Positions 44,342 to 58,339 of a DNA stretch of 64,000 nt are shown here, one piece after another (the first letter of the stretch is position 1; every line of letters starts with the position of its first letter). This DNA is from Macrostomum lignano (taxonomy: Eukaryota), in assembly GCA_002269645.1 (NCBI GenBank), contig NIVC01000177.1:380134-444133 (forward strand), given 5' to 3'. The translations under genes and the position numbers were made by a program. Below the pieces are notes generated by a model, which was not told the origin of the DNA, searched no databases, and was given only the letters and a program-made list of their open reading frames with translations.

Positions 44342-47126
44342 CCATAAAGCAGAAGACTTGTTTTCTTCAACCTCCTGTCAAGACCTTTTTAACAAAAATG
44401 GTTGGAACTCTCGTGGAATTATCGGATCCAAATTCAGTAGTATGAATAGCGTTTTTCGTTATTCTTAAATAGATTTTCAACTTATATCAAGTATATATTC
44501 GTTTTACTCTACCTACAGCGGTTCGCTGGCAGTAGGCTACTTAGCTTTTTATGGTATATTTTTCGATCCACATTAAAAATTTCGTTTTTCACGTCCTATT
44601 TTCAGCCGCTAATCAATTATTTATCTTTTGCGCGCTGTTAAATATCTTTTTTACTAGTATAAGCACTTTCTGTGTCATTAAATTGCTTTTCAATTTGATC
44701 CACCGCGACTAATGCACTTAATCTTTTCGAATTTTCTTAGAAATTCACTTTCCTGTTTTTCAGTTTGATTTCTTTCGCTGTAGACTCTATATAGAGTTTT
44801 ACTTGTATTTTAGCTACTCTTTTTAAGACAAACCACAGATACTAGAATAACTAGATGGGCCACTCAACACATTTGCGTGCAAGCTACTTTCTATTCAGTA
44901 GTAAGATAAAGTGAAGCATTTTAATGTGTTTTTAAGACAAGGCTTATTTATTGGCTATTACCCCCCCCCCAAACTCCACACAGAACCTCTACCCCTGCCC
45001 CGCCACCTAATTTTTATCACCTTCCGCGGTTGTTCCAGCCTAAATCTGGTATGTACATTTCAGTAGCTAATGTACATTATGGCTGAACCAATTAGCAAGT
45101 TGTTTACGTCTGCAATCTTGGCTTCTTAACTTAACTTGACTTCACATCTAAGCTGCCTTTATTCTTATAAAATAGCTTATGTTTTCTTCTTTGCTACTAA
45201 ACTGAAACTAGAAAGATGTTTTGCTAAGGCCCATCTAGTTATTCTAGTGTCTGTGCGACAAACGGGTTTACTAAGAAGATGGATGAACTACAACTACTTA
45301 TAGTAGAAATGGTAGCTAATTACATGCAAATTCTGTCAGCTTATACAGGCATAGTTAAAATCCATCACTTTTTCCTCTCTGTGTCTTTTTTATAATTCTT
45401 TCGTCTTGAAAGTAGAAAACACTATAAAAAGGAAAAAGTACAGCAAATTATTTTATTGTTGTTAAGCTTGTTGTGCCGAATTCTGCGCTAGTGCTGCACA
45501 CGGATTATATTAGTTGTAGAGTTTATCCTTGGCTTGGTACAGATTGAAGAGCATATTATCATAACCTATTGCTGATCTCGTCAGAGTAAACTATGATTTT
45601 TTTATTTTGTTGCTTTATCGTCGTCTTTTTGTACAAAAAGACCAAAAATGCACCATTCCAGTTTTTTAAAACCTTTTCTGTTACGGTGTCAGCTTTCTAG
45701 TTTTTAATATTTTTGGGTTTTCTGAGTAGCTTTCTTGCGTTAATAATTAGTGATCAGATGTGAAAAGGCTGTTTTTAAAGTGGGTAAAATGTTTGGGACG
45801 AAAGATGGGCTGCAAATTCTATCATGCACTAACCGCGGACAACTCTACTTAACTTAGCAGATTGCGCTGACAGATTGTGCGTTATGAAATCTCTCGGTAT
45901 TACATGTACTTTCTAATGCACCCAGGTTTACTGTTAGCGGTGTGTTTTCCTGCGTTTTTAAGACAATTTTTTACTACTCCGTCTACCACGTAATGTAGGT
46001 TTTTTAGTTTTCTATCTGGCAATTTTTGGCGATAATTTATTCTATATTTTTCTTCTGTGGTGTTGCATGTTTTGTTGCTTTCCGCTCACTGTGTTTTTCG
46101 CCGCATGCGCCACAACAGCCGTTTTTTGTTTTGGAATCTCAAAAATATAATATACCAATGCAGTTTTCAATTTTGTTTAAAAGAAATATGCACTTTCATC
46201 ATCAGATTACTCAATTTTTTGAAGTCGAAAATTGTTAACAGCATCGTCTTTTTTGTAGGATTATCTGTTCTTTGCGGAAAGAATTTGTTAAGTATTTTGA
46301 TAGGGTTCTGAATTGTGGTGATCAGAATTGAGAGTTCATGGCGTGCTTAGATATGAAAATCTAGAGCCAATCAGGAGAGAGATATTATACGAGGAGAGAG
46401 AAGAAGTGGCACAAAGTAGGGCGACAAAGAGGGCACTACTGGGGAAAAAATGAAAATGGAGAGCCAATCAGAGGCGAGGAAAGACAGAGGGGAGCGACAG
46501 GATGCAACGCACAAAATGGGGGGTTGGGTGCTAGACGTAAGGGTTGGTGGAGGCCCGGATAAGTAGACTGGGCGATATAGAACGAGAAAGTGCACTACTA
46601 GGGTAGAGGTGAAAATGAAGAGCCAATCAGAAGCGAGAGTGATAAAACACAGGCGAGCGAGGGGAAAAGGCACAAGGGGGGTTAAGCGAGAGTGATAAGA
46701 CACGGGAGAGAGGGGTAGGGGCATAAAATGGGGGGGTGAAGCGAGAGTGATAAGACACAGGGGAGAGAGGGGTAAGGGCACAAAATGGAGTGGGGTTGAA
46801 GCGAGAGTGATAAGACAAGGAGAGAGGGGGGAATGCACAAAATGGAGGGGTTTGAAGCTGAGAGCGATAAGACACAGGGGGAAAAGGCACCTAGGGTGCT
46901 AGATGAAAGGATAGGTGGGAAGATAAAGGACAAGGTAGTGCACGGCTAGGGTTGAAAAAAATTAAACCAGCTGGCAGTTAGCAGGATTAAAGATTAAAGT
47001 GAGGATTAAGGGGTGAATTTCAAAAATGGCGCAAAATTCCATTTAAAAGTCTGAGCGAGACAAATTTCTTGTAATCAGAGAAGTCGAGGATTGAAGATGC
47101 AACCAAAATTCACGATCAATTGTCGG

Positions 47127-50100
47127 TCATTTATCAGCCAGGACTTGGCGCAGCTCGGCATAAGTGTTTCGCCTGCGGAGCAGGGCGTGCTTCACCCGGT
47201 CAAGGTCGCTGCCGATTACGGAGCCCAGGGCGCTCTCGTCTCGACTGTTGCTGCTGCCGCCAGCGGCGGCTGAGCTCAGCGGACTTCGAGACGACGAAAG
47301 AGTCGACAAGTTTCCTGGGCTGGGCGTCGCCTGCAGCGTGTCTCGGCTTAAAAAGAGTTTTTTGGTTGAAAACAAAGGGTGACTTGAATCAGAGTCTTAG
47401 GGCTCTAAGGGTCTGACACAAAGCGTCAAAGCGTCTCGGGTTTGATTCCGCTCTCCTCAAGAACTTGGGTTTTATGATTATGAAAGCCGATCCCTGAGCC
47501 TGCCGACAGGAAGTCAGGGCTACTGTACACATCAGGGCTAATGAGTGCCTGTGTACATCTACGTGTGTAGTCGTGAGTCTACATACCCTGCATCTTAGGG
47601 TTTGTTGGGCCCTGTGGACATTAATCTCATGGCAAACCCTCAGGCCAATTTGCGGAATCGCATGTACGAGTACTTTGGTACAAGAATCGAACGAATTACC
47701 ACCGACCTCATTTGCTACCGCCTAAGACTAGCAGTTGGTCCTTAATGGTCCTTCATTGTGGTCATCTGTACGAAGTGATTGATATTTGTGCAATATTACT
47801 GGACCTCATGGATCTTCATTCATCTATGCATTGTGCCTCCTTCCAAAAATAGACAAATAGCAGTGGGGGGCCCGCTGCCGACGTCCTACCTGCTAGCGGC
47901 AGATTCGCACCGATCCCGATTAATGAGACTCCACACGGTGATCTCAATTCGTTGCACGTCGCCGTAGTCTCGCACAGTCACGTGACTTGTTCGCAGCTTC
48001 AACCCGAAGCGAATTAATTCCAGTTTAGCGTCGTTTCGACTGAGCGAAACCAGCCAGCGATTGTCCATGCCGGAAACTTCCAGCTGGCTGGCCAGCGGCA
48101 GAAACTGGATGCTGTTGATTGTGTATGGCATGTGGACCGCGTCGCGTAGTCGAGTGGCAATGGCCGCACGGACTTCCGCGTGCGTCAGAGAGAGGCCTTG
48201 GTGGACGAGGACTTCTTATGGTTTACTAGTGCCATTGCTCCGATTTGGACAGATCACTTGGGGCACTTGGAATCCGGACTTAGTGATGAATTCAGTGATA
48301 TGGAGACTATTTTTCGATATTAAAAGTTTTAGTAAAACTAAGGACTTTAGACTGATTTAGGGACCTAGTGGGTACAAAAACCTATGGCAAACTTTGATGC
48401 TAAAAGGCAGAGTGATACAAGGCTTAAACTGATCGAGAAAGCCCAGGATTTCAGAGTCTTCAACTTTTTAATATTCTCTTTGATAAACAATTACTCACCT
48501 GGATAATTAAAGCAAACGGTGAACCCGGATGCCACGTGCTTTGGCTGCTCAGTGCATTTCAGGTACACCGGACGGATGACCCGCTTCATACCGGGGTCGT
48601 TTATAACCAGCTGGCCGATTCGCTTCTTCAACAGCGGCAGAAGATTTTGCACCTTCTTCGGGTTCATTCGTTTGCCACTGGCTCGGATGAGGATCGGCGC
48701 CCAGTCGCTCTCGAATTCGACCTCGTCGGACGGGCCGTCGTTTGGGTCCAGGCCGTGGTAAACCACGTGCTTGCCCTTGAATTTGTACTTCTTATTGAGC
48801 GGCGAGCGCTTCTTTGATAGAACGGAAAATTCTTTGAGGTAGCGCTCGTCTCGGTCCTGGGCGTTGTTGCTGCTGGCTGCGGAGCGGACGACGCTGCTCA
48901 GCCGGCTGCCTCCTGCTGCGGTGCTGCTGGCTTCTACATTTTTTAGGGTTGCAAAGCTTCAGAAAGATTGTTTGATTGCTGGGGACACACTGGGCACCCA
49001 CTTTTTGTGGGTGCTTCTTTTGATTTTTGTGATAGCTTAGCCAACGCGTGATCCGCTGACCTATGAGCACGCATACGTACAAAGGCACACACGTAGTTCA
49101 CACGATATGACATTTTATGGACGGAAAATTTGATTGATTGAACTTGGGTACTTTGGTGAGTCTTAGGTCGCTTAATGAACCCTACCGAGTATAAAGTTTG
49201 AAGCTTACAACGTACAAAACCCTCTTTTCGCTGCTGGATTCGTGGACTTCGTGCGTCAACTTTTGTGGAGGCCACCTTCTAAACGTTATTTTTTACTCTT
49301 TAGCGATGTCTCTGGTTAACAAAGGACTCAACGGAGTTAATTTCCAGGATATCGAAAATACTGAGCTAATAATTTTGTGCCACTAGTCGTAAAAATTAAG
49401 TTATGAAGTATGTTTTAACTCTTCATAAATCGATGTGCGAAGGATATTGATTAGTCTAAGTATGTAGCTCGTAGAAAGGCCAGCTAGAGCCGAAATATTA
49501 CCACTTGATACCAATTGACTCACTGCTACCGATCGAAGACCAAGCCGATTTGATCTTCTTCTTATGGGATCGCCGCTTTCTCTTGCTGCCGCTCTTAACG
49601 GCGTCGCCTCCGGTGTCCGAACTGGCACCGGAAGACAGCTCATCGAGCTCCTTCTGAGCTGTCACATCGCCATCTTCAATGTCGAATCCGGCGCCTGTAG
49701 CTTTTCCTTCACCCTCGACTTCATGATCTTCACCGTCGGTATCTTGGCCATTGTCCTGCTCATTCTCGTTGTCACTGTCGCTGTCGCTTCGTCCAGTTGC
49801 GTCCTCAACTCTAAGCGAATCTCTGCTGGCCATGATGATGTCTAGCGGCTGCTGAGACTTGCTACTATTGATGGATACTCAAAAAGTATCTTAGAGTTCC
49901 AGTCAAGCTATAATACGATTGTATGGCCTCTGCACAGGTTTATCGATGCGTAATGGCTCATGCATAATGCACCAATGCTGCGCAGCTGATGCGTTGCATC
50001 GCGTGTGACTTGGCTGGCATAAATCTTTACATAGTCGATCTATTATTGTGGCCAATAGCAACGGTCACGGTTCTATTCAGAATGGCTCAATCAAAGCTTA

Positions 50101-50990
50101 TCGTATCTGTCTAAGCCTCATCAGACAGTTTTTATACAATCAGCCTCATTACGCCTGATCAGAAAGAATGCAAATCGAAATGGGATGAAAAAGTTTTCGT
50201 GTCCTTGACATTTATAAACTTAAAACAGTTATTTTTCATTGAAAAGAACATCATGCTGCCCATTTGAAGAGGCCTTTTTTATCCATTTCCATCGAGACAC
50301 TGCAGAATAATAATGTTAAAAACGAAAAGTTCCAATGACGTGTTTTTGTGACTATCTCGTTTCCTTTGTTTTGCTCTCGCGTCCCTTTGAAATTGAGTTA
50401 CCAAACGGCTGTCTAAATGAAGCCGCAGTTTGTTGGGAGTCTTTTTTATTAGTAAAAGTAGATTGTCGACCGGAAGCTGCTGCTGATCGGCCTCGGGGCA
50501 TCAGTCGGTGCTGAGAATTTTGCAGCGCCATGATCTCGGGCGTCACCCGTCGGTCCTTCTTGAACGCCGAGTCCTGCTCGTAGCGGACCACGTGCGACCG
50601 ACTGATGATGTCGAACTCGCCCTGCAGCACAGCCTCGCGTCGGGCGACGTCGGCATTGCTGGTGGACATCAGCGGTGAGCGTTGAATGTTGGCCGCGGAC
50701 GAGACGCGACGACGAGGGCGCGAAGTTGACGACGAAGAAGGCGAAGTCGTAGATGAGTTTGATGAAGCCGATAGGGAGGCTGGATATGAGAGTCGTGGCT
50801 CAATGCTACTAACTCCAGCAAGGATGCCTTGCTCAAATGAGCGGTTGAGATTGCGGCTGGCCAGTTGCAACAGCTGCGCTTGAGAGAGTCGCCGTCCAAG
50901 ATCGTGCGTCTCCATGGAGGCGGTGTAGGCCATCGGTTTCATGTAGGCCGGGTCCATGGCCGGCTGACTGACTCGCGTGGATTTTGGCAT
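47127..50990 (-). CDS. C19orf81/DUF4732-like domain protein with long Ser-rich and acidic disordered N-terminus (predicted 628 aa). Exons 50990-50402, 49841-49524, 48933-48499, 48214-47890, 47346-47127
   Basis: The five exons join in frame (1887 nt; phases 1,1,1,2). The segment LSLTHAEVRAAI...INSIQF...GMDNRWLVSL...LIRFGLKLR...VRDYGD resembles the C19orf81 pattern as recalled (THLEV..SSIRF..GRRNRWLI..GL..HDD). The first two junctions are less certain. Confidence 0.65.
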
Positions 50991-52324
50991 GCTCAAGTTT
51001 AGCGGTTAACTGATATTGGCAATATTAGCGAGGAGTATGATGCGCATCTGCGACAAACTCTTGGAATGCAGATTACAAAGCTCTACTCAGATTGGAATAA
51101 AATCCCGAACTTCCATAGACAAAACACGGCCCGAGAATACTAGCGTATCTACTTCATATTGTAGAAGCTTAAGCTTCATTTTTGCCGGTTGTTTACGAGT
51201 AATTTTATCCGAGGTCAAAAAACCGTCGGACAGTCAATCTCCCGAACTGTCTGTCCCGAACTGCACTAGGGTTTTTCATTCAAAAAAGGCATGATTCACT
51301 TTAAAGCCACCAAAACTGGACCGAATCATAGTGTTTCAAGTTTTAATTGTTAATTTTAGCAGATTTCACAGGCTACATCCCTACGTCTGCTGACGTAACC
51401 CAAAGTCAATTATATGGACATAACCGGTCTCAAATGTATTTTTCAATTTTGTCAACAGATGTTGTAGCTGTTATCGTATATATATGCGCCGTCCTGAACG
51501 TTGGTGCAACGTAAGAGTACCCATTTGCTAGCGATGTCTAGCTACATATGTCAATGTCTGTTTGTAGTCTGTTTGTATTTAGGAAAGCCCTAAATAAATT
51601 TAAAGTTATAACATGGCGAACATATCTCGCAGTCGTTAGCGGTCAAAAATATTTTGCGTACAATAAATGCAAAGATTTACCCGAATGTACTACTCTCCTA
51701 ATTATGAAGAAATTATGAGACTCAAAAGATGAAAGATCATTTTCTTTTAGATTTCAAAAAAGAAATATTATATAGCTATACTGAAAATGCATAGTTACTG
51801 TATACTGAATATAGTCATTTACTAGTCAATAAAACTAAAATCAAATGAATCTTCGTCGGTGTGTTTGTCGTCTTTTAAACAAATTCTCTTTTTCTTATGT
51901 CACCATAGCCATCAACAATGCGTTTGTTTGCAGAAGCCAGGAAAAGCTTGAATCGGAAAGCCCCCCCCCTCCCAGGTCCTTGAGACAAACCATCCGCAGT
52001 TTCACTTCAAATCCCATTCAACCGATGAAGAGCGCTTTGCTTGCAGATAGCAATCACCAGTCACAGCTCTAGACTAGGCGGTGCAAACAATATGATCTGC
52101 AAACAATTGCAAATCGCTCAAATACAGATCCGTAAAAGCGTTTCGATTGCCGAATCGATAAAACAGACAAACTTGGCAGCTTCGGTTTAAACACTTAAAA
52201 AGGATATTCTCTTCCTTTCACCTAGCTAGTGGGTCAATACTCGTATTTGGCGAGCGTTTTGCCTCTCCATCAAAAGCGTCGACAAAATCTTCATTTTCTG
52301 GAAAGATCTTCTGGAGCTCTAAAC

Positions 52325-53533
52325 ATGTCATATCTATTTTTCGCATTCGGTTTCATCTACTGCATTGTCATAGCAACTGCTGTGGCCGCAAACTCCGGCT
52401 GGGAGCGCCATCGAAGCGACCTCGCCGAGTACCGGGTGCTGGCGGTGAAGCTGGCCATCAGCGACATTCACTGTACGATGCTTGCTGAGAACGCAGATGC
52501 CGTCCGCTTCGACGCGGCCTCGGGCTCCTGCTCGCTGCTGGCCTGCGATCGGGGAGCGATGGACGCCTGCAGGAAGTGCCGGCACTCCAGCGACTCCAGC
52601 CTGCCTCAGCTGTGGGTGAGTGAGCTGGGCTTTGCTTAGTGGATTCTGCACTTTGCAGCACCGCATCAATATGCGTGCACGAAATGCAGCACCGCATCAA
52701 TATGCGTGCACGAAATGCAGCACCGCATCAATATGCGTGCACGAAATGCAGCACCGCATCAATATGCGTGCACGAAATGCAGCACCGCATCAATATGCGT
52801 GCACGAAATGCAGCACCGCATCAATATGCGTGCACGAAATGCAGCACCGCATCAATATGCGTGCATGAAATGCAGCACCGCATCAATATGCGTGCACGAA
52901 ATGCAGCACCGCATCAATATGCGTGCACGAAATGCAGCACCGCATCGCTAATTGCAGCTGAGGGAGCCGGTGAAGTGCTGGACGACCTTCCAGCACCGAG
53001 TCGACGGCTCCGTCAGCTTCAACCGCAGCTGGGCGGAGTACGCGAGCGGATTCGGTCAGGGCGAGAGTCTCAACTACTGGATGGGACTGGAGCAGCTCCA
53101 CCAGCTCACCGCCACTGGAGTGTGGAGAGTCCGCTGGGAGTTCAGCGACTGGAACGGCACCTGGTACTGGGCTGAGAATGCTCCGTTCTCTGTTGGCCCA
53201 GCGAGCGACAAGTACAGGTGCTCGATGGGACCTCTGGACGTGAGCAGGTCGAGTGTCGGGCAGCGTACTGAGCAGCACTGGTCTCCGAACAACTGGCAGT
53301 TCAGCACGCTTGAATCGGACAATGACAACTGGAGCGGTGGCAGCTGCGCCCGAGATAGATCAGGTGGCTGGTGGTTTGGCTGGTGCAACTTCATCAATCC
53401 TAACGGTGTTTACCTGCTCCCACCTGCTGCACTGAATAACACAGGCATCTTCTATTACCTGGTCAATTCAGTGGGCAGTTCGCTTAAACTGGAGTACTCA
53501 ATGAAGACTTTTGAGTGCATGCTCTGGCAGTGA
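52325..53533 (+). CDS. Secreted fibrinogen-related protein (FReD) with an N-terminal Cys-containing PAN/apple-like module. Exons 52325-52615, 52958-53533
   Basis: Signal peptide MSYLFFAFGFIYCIVIATAVAA; FReD motifs WTTFQHRVDGSVSFNRSWAEYASGFG, YWMGLEQLHQLT, FSTLESDND, CARDRSGGWWF, NPNG. Phase-0 GT-AG intron; AATAAA at 53567-53572. Confidence 0.9.
52655..52946. repeat. 31-bp minisatellite forming almost the entire FReD-gene intron
   Basis: gcagcaccgcatcaatatgcgtgcacgaaat, about 9 copies. Confidence 0.95.
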
Positions 53534-53783
53534 GATACACATGTATATTATACTCATGCTGTGAAGAATAAAGTTTATCATTTTTTCTGGATTCTGCAAT
53601 AGGTCCAATTCAAATATACATCGTGTAGCGGAATCTATTCTGCTTAAGAGAACTTAAACTATGGCGTAGGAAATTATTAATAATATTCGCTCTAGCAATC
53701 TTATATTTTCCGATTTACTTAGCGCACATGTATTGTCTAATAGCTACATGTAATTTTTATGCTCGTACATTACATTTAAAATA

Positions 53784-54118
53784 CGCGCGCGTCGCCCTGG
53801 ATTTTATGGTGTGGGGGGGGGGACAAAGCCAAGAATTCAACATGTAAGAGTACGTGACTAAGATTCCTACATTTCCATTATTTTGAGAATCGTGTTGTCA
53901 GCACATATTTTGGCGCCGCATGAATTCCTTTTTAGCGCCACAGGTACTCATTTTAGCGCCGCAGGCACTCATTTTGGCGCCCTGAAGAAAAAATATTGAT
54001 TACCACAAAACGAGTCACAAGGTTGGGGTGGGGGGACAATAAAGCATTGGAATGTTCCCCCAATAGCTTTCATTGGGTGGGACATGTCCCACATGTCCCC
54101 CCGGTGGTGACGCGCCTG
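53784..54118. mobile_element. MITE-like non-autonomous element with imperfect terminal inverted repeats
   Basis: Left gcgcgtcgccctgg...gggggggggac; reverse complement of the right end caggcgcgtcaccaccggggggac. Internal palindrome gggacatgtccc. Confidence 0.45.
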
Positions 54119-56669
54119 TTTGATATTATAGGCGCTTCTTTAGGGAGCGCCACGCAGCTTTGGGGCCACCAGCGGGGAGCGGCCCAAAGTGCATATGGCT
54201 CCCCTGCATCGTAGTCGTGTGGGTTCAGGGGGGCAAAAAGCTTAAAGTCAAGGATTACTGCAAGAAGTAAATGTGGAGCATTTTTAATTTTAACTTGTGA
54301 TTTTTGTGCCAATTTACGAGCCGTGTGTGACGAAGTACATGTACACATGCAGCTAGTAGGTTGTGTCAAATTGTTGTGTTGGGAATAGCTAAAATTGCAT
54401 GGGAACATGGCAGCTATAGGTGTCGACGTCAACAAGTTGTGAGGAAGCGCGAAACTAATTGCTTTTAAGAAGGGGCTAGTGGAGCGCCATAACAATTTTT
54501 CCAAAGTCTTTGAATACCTGTAACTGCATATAGATATACATATATTGGTGTGGCCGACAGAAGCAAAATCTGCATTCGCGCATATCACAGTACGTGTTAG
54601 TAGTAAGGGGCTCAACCGCGAGGAATGGATAGGCTGATGCAGCTGCTTGTATGATTAAAAAAGAAACTCACCTTTCTCGCAGGGCCAGGATTATAGCTTA
54701 ATTGTATACTTTGTTGCCTAAATGTATAATTATGCATACCTACAGCAAAAGAGATTTTTGATGATCCTAATTTCTTTCAGTAAATGATTTTTTCGGCGCA
54801 CGTAGTAGCTTGCGGTATAATATTAATTTGTAATGATTGATCACAACTTTGCGATAAAAGAGACTTGCATATTGTAAAACATTAGACGATAAATAATAAT
54901 AATGATTATATACAGACGATGAATATTAAATATTATGTTTTAGCCAAGCCAAGCTGAGCTATCGATTAAGCAACGCACAGTGATTAGTATCGTGCATGAG
55001 TACAGAAGAATTACACGCACATTAGCTATCATTGACAATATTAACAAAAAAAACGCAATTTTTTGGATGGGTCGAAATGGTTTATTTAATTGTTGGGAAT
55101 GCGTCTCTACAATAATGTGATGCATGCTAGGCCTCTGTTGGGTGCAGTGCATGCAAGTTATAAAAGAAGTTAGCTATGGGGTTCGCTCACATGAAGACAA
55201 GACAGCAGAAAACAGACGCAAAAAATATGCGTGAGCGCAATTGAAGTCACGAAAAAATGTGGCGGTAATTTAATGTTCGATATTGCAACAAAATTTGAAC
55301 GCTCGTATTAACCTTAAACATGCCCTCTGCCTCTGGCTCTGGCCAACCAACCAACTACTCTAGCTGTTTGACCTGCTTAGGCATTATGTAAATTAAAGTA
55401 ATTACGTTGTCAGGTATTGCATTAGCATTAGTGAAGATTCGAGCACAACAGCTCTTGAAGGCATATTATTGAAATTTATTGGATTAGGCCTAGCCTTCCC
55501 CCTTATCCTATTCCTATTCAGTATTCAGGCATTTGTTTGATATTAAATATTTCATAAGCCTAGGCCCTATATCTTAATATTTTAATATCAATTATAATTG
55601 CTTTTCTTACTCCTATATAGTGTATAGTTATTATCTATAACTTACATTATGTTACATAGATATATTCCAATTTTTTTATATTTCAAAATTTATTATATTA
55701 AGATAGACAAATATCACACCAGTTTTCAGTTTCAGTTTTAGTTATTTCAAAACTTTTTATTATAATATTAATTATCATGCTGATATTAATGTTATATATT
55801 AATGTTAATGTCAATATTTCTTATTAGGCCTAATTGTTTTTCAAAATCTTAAAACTTTAATCTTGATATTTCCTATGCTATGCTATTGTCTAAAATTTTG
55901 GGGCTTTTCATTACTTAAAAAGAAATTGATTAGAAAGCTTATAAAATTTATATTTTATTTAGGGCCTACTTATTGACTTAGCCCAGGATGGAATTCTTAC
56001 ACAAAAGTTGTTGCCCATTTGTGCGCCATAGTCAGGAAGGTAGCGCCGGAATAATTTTTTGGGACAATTTGTGCGCCGTCTATGCGCCGTCTATGCGCCA
56101 TTTGTGCGCCGTCTGTGCGCCACTCTTCACAAGTAGAGTTTTCTAAGAAAAGCCTTCGTATGAAAAGCCTTTTTAAAATGTTACACATATTTTAATTTTA
56201 AACAAACTTAAATTATACCTACAAATAGAGTAATTCAAAATTGATTTTTAGCATTTTTAGCGATAATTTATACTAATTTTATTTACTATTAATTTTTAAG
56301 AAGCAAAAAGTTTATTACTGACTTTCTAGACTATCTATACAAATTTCTTTTATTTTATGTAAAATTGTTAATTTGCATTACAATTTTCATGCATGTCAGG
56401 GACCTTATGCGCCATAATTATGCGCCACATGCGCTAGGGACCTCAGTGTGCGCCATGATTGTGCGCCAAGTGCGCCAAGGACCCCTTGTGTTTGCCGCGC
56501 TTGTGCGCCAATATGTGCCAAGACCCTTTGTGTGCGCGGGAATTTTCCCCCTCAGAGGCCACCTTCCTGACTATGGTTTGTGCACACTTGTCAAATTTGT
56601 GTGCGCTTGTGCACTGAAAAAGAGCCTACTTGTGCACTCTTAAAGAAGGTGTGTGCACACTCCATCATA

Positions 56670-58245
56670 TGCGCTTGCACAAGAAGCTGTTTGCAGCTGC
56701 AGAATCACAGATAGGATTTGACTTAAATTACATGCATTCAACAATCAACATGCTTATAAGTTATGTGCAATGTGGCATTTGCGTGCTCAAGTTCTTACTA
56801 CTTTTCATAGTCCAGAAGATGTTTTTATGCCAGAAAATTTCAAAAAAAAGTAAAACAAAGAATAATAGTTTTTAGCAAAAACAGTTACTTTAAAGTTTAG
56901 TAAAACTCTTATAAATTTTTAAGAATATTTTCTATAAAAAATGTAGTGTTCAAGCTACTTACACTTGAAGTACAATTTTTAAATTTATATTAGCGTAGAA
57001 TTGAAAAACTAAAAAAATGAAAATTCTTCTTTGCGCATAGGCCATGATCCACATTATGACTTATTTTTATAGTTGGCATGCGCACTTGCACACTGTTCCA
57101 AAAACAAAAATTTTCTTATCCCCAAGCAATAATTCCATTTTGGGACTTAGCTATAGGGCTATTTTGAAAGAAGACAACTAAATGAAAAAGGTATAAATAT
57201 CCATTCTATTAACCCTTTAATAGCCAATGCATTACTATACCTATAGTGTAAAAAAAGTTAGTATTGCTTGGAGAGATCCCCTAGTATTGCTAGTATCTAT
57301 GCTATTCTATGCTATGACCCAATATAAGTGAGTCTAGCTTGCATGAACATATACATGCAACCTCCAAATTTGGTCAGCTATGCGACTTAGTTTTAACAAA
57401 AAATTCAACATAGTTTTTGGCCAAAAATGCAACTTACATGTAAAAGAAACCCTAAAGCAAAGTTAATGCAACTTTGAGTAAATGGCACGAGTAACTATGA
57501 CTGCCTTATTAAGCCAAAATGCCTTGTTATCTACTTAGTACTACTTTGATATTTATTTGGGTGGGCATTTTTGCTATTTACCTTGGTTGGCCACCAAATT
57601 GGTCAGCCAGATCAGCCAACTCAGCTGACTGTTCCGCATGTTGTTGCGCAATGTTGTATGTTGCATGAAGGTAGGATAGATACTAGCATAATGTTCAATA
57701 GGTTCATTATCTTAGTTACAAAAACTGCAAATGGAATTGCCATTGGTGGTATTGCCTTGCATTGCAAGTATTAATGTCTATAGAAATAGAAATGTCTTGC
57801 GCAAGAAGCTGTTTGCTGCAGAATCACAGACAGGATTTGACTTTTACATGCATTTAGATGTTTTTATACTGGAAAATTTAAAAAAAAGTAAAACAAAGAA
57901 TAATAGTTTTTATCACAAATAGTTACTTTAAAGATTAGTAAAACTCTAATAATTTTTGAAGAATATTTTCTCTAAAAAATATAGTGTTCAATCAACTTTA
58001 TACTTGAAATACAATTTTTTAATTTATGTCAGTATAGAATTAAAAAACTAGAAAAATGAAAATTCTTTATTTTTGTGCATGGGCCATGATCTGCATTATG
58101 ACTTATTTTTATAGCTGGCATACGCGCTTGCGCGCTGCTCCAAAAACGTGTGCTTGTGTTTTCCTACCCTTGAGCAAGAATTCCATTTTGGGACTTCCAT
58201 TGCCATTGGTGGTATTGCCCTGCATTGCAAGCATTAGTGTCTAAA
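56670..58245. repeat. Imperfect ~0.45-kb direct duplication (56670-57150 vs 57795-58195) in an AT-rich intergenic region
   Basis: cttgc(a/g)caagaagctgtttg...aaaaaaagtaaaacaaagaataatagtttt...aattccattttgggactt is present twice. Confidence 0.75.
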
Positions 58246-58339
58246 AAATAGCCATGATCTGAGAGGGTCATAATGGCAGCCTGGATATCTCTTTGTGAGA
58301 GGTGCACAAGGAGTTTCTAGAGCTAATAAGAAGGCTAAG

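Noticed and set aside
51845-52072. Short ORF with an acceptor-like site (tttgcag) and a PPPP stretch
   Set aside because: No upstream + strand gene or donor to connect it to, and no recognisable homology.
52655-52946. CRISPR-like 31-bp partly palindromic repeat
   Set aside because: Units are directly adjacent with no spacers, there are no cas genes, and the context is a eukaryotic intron.
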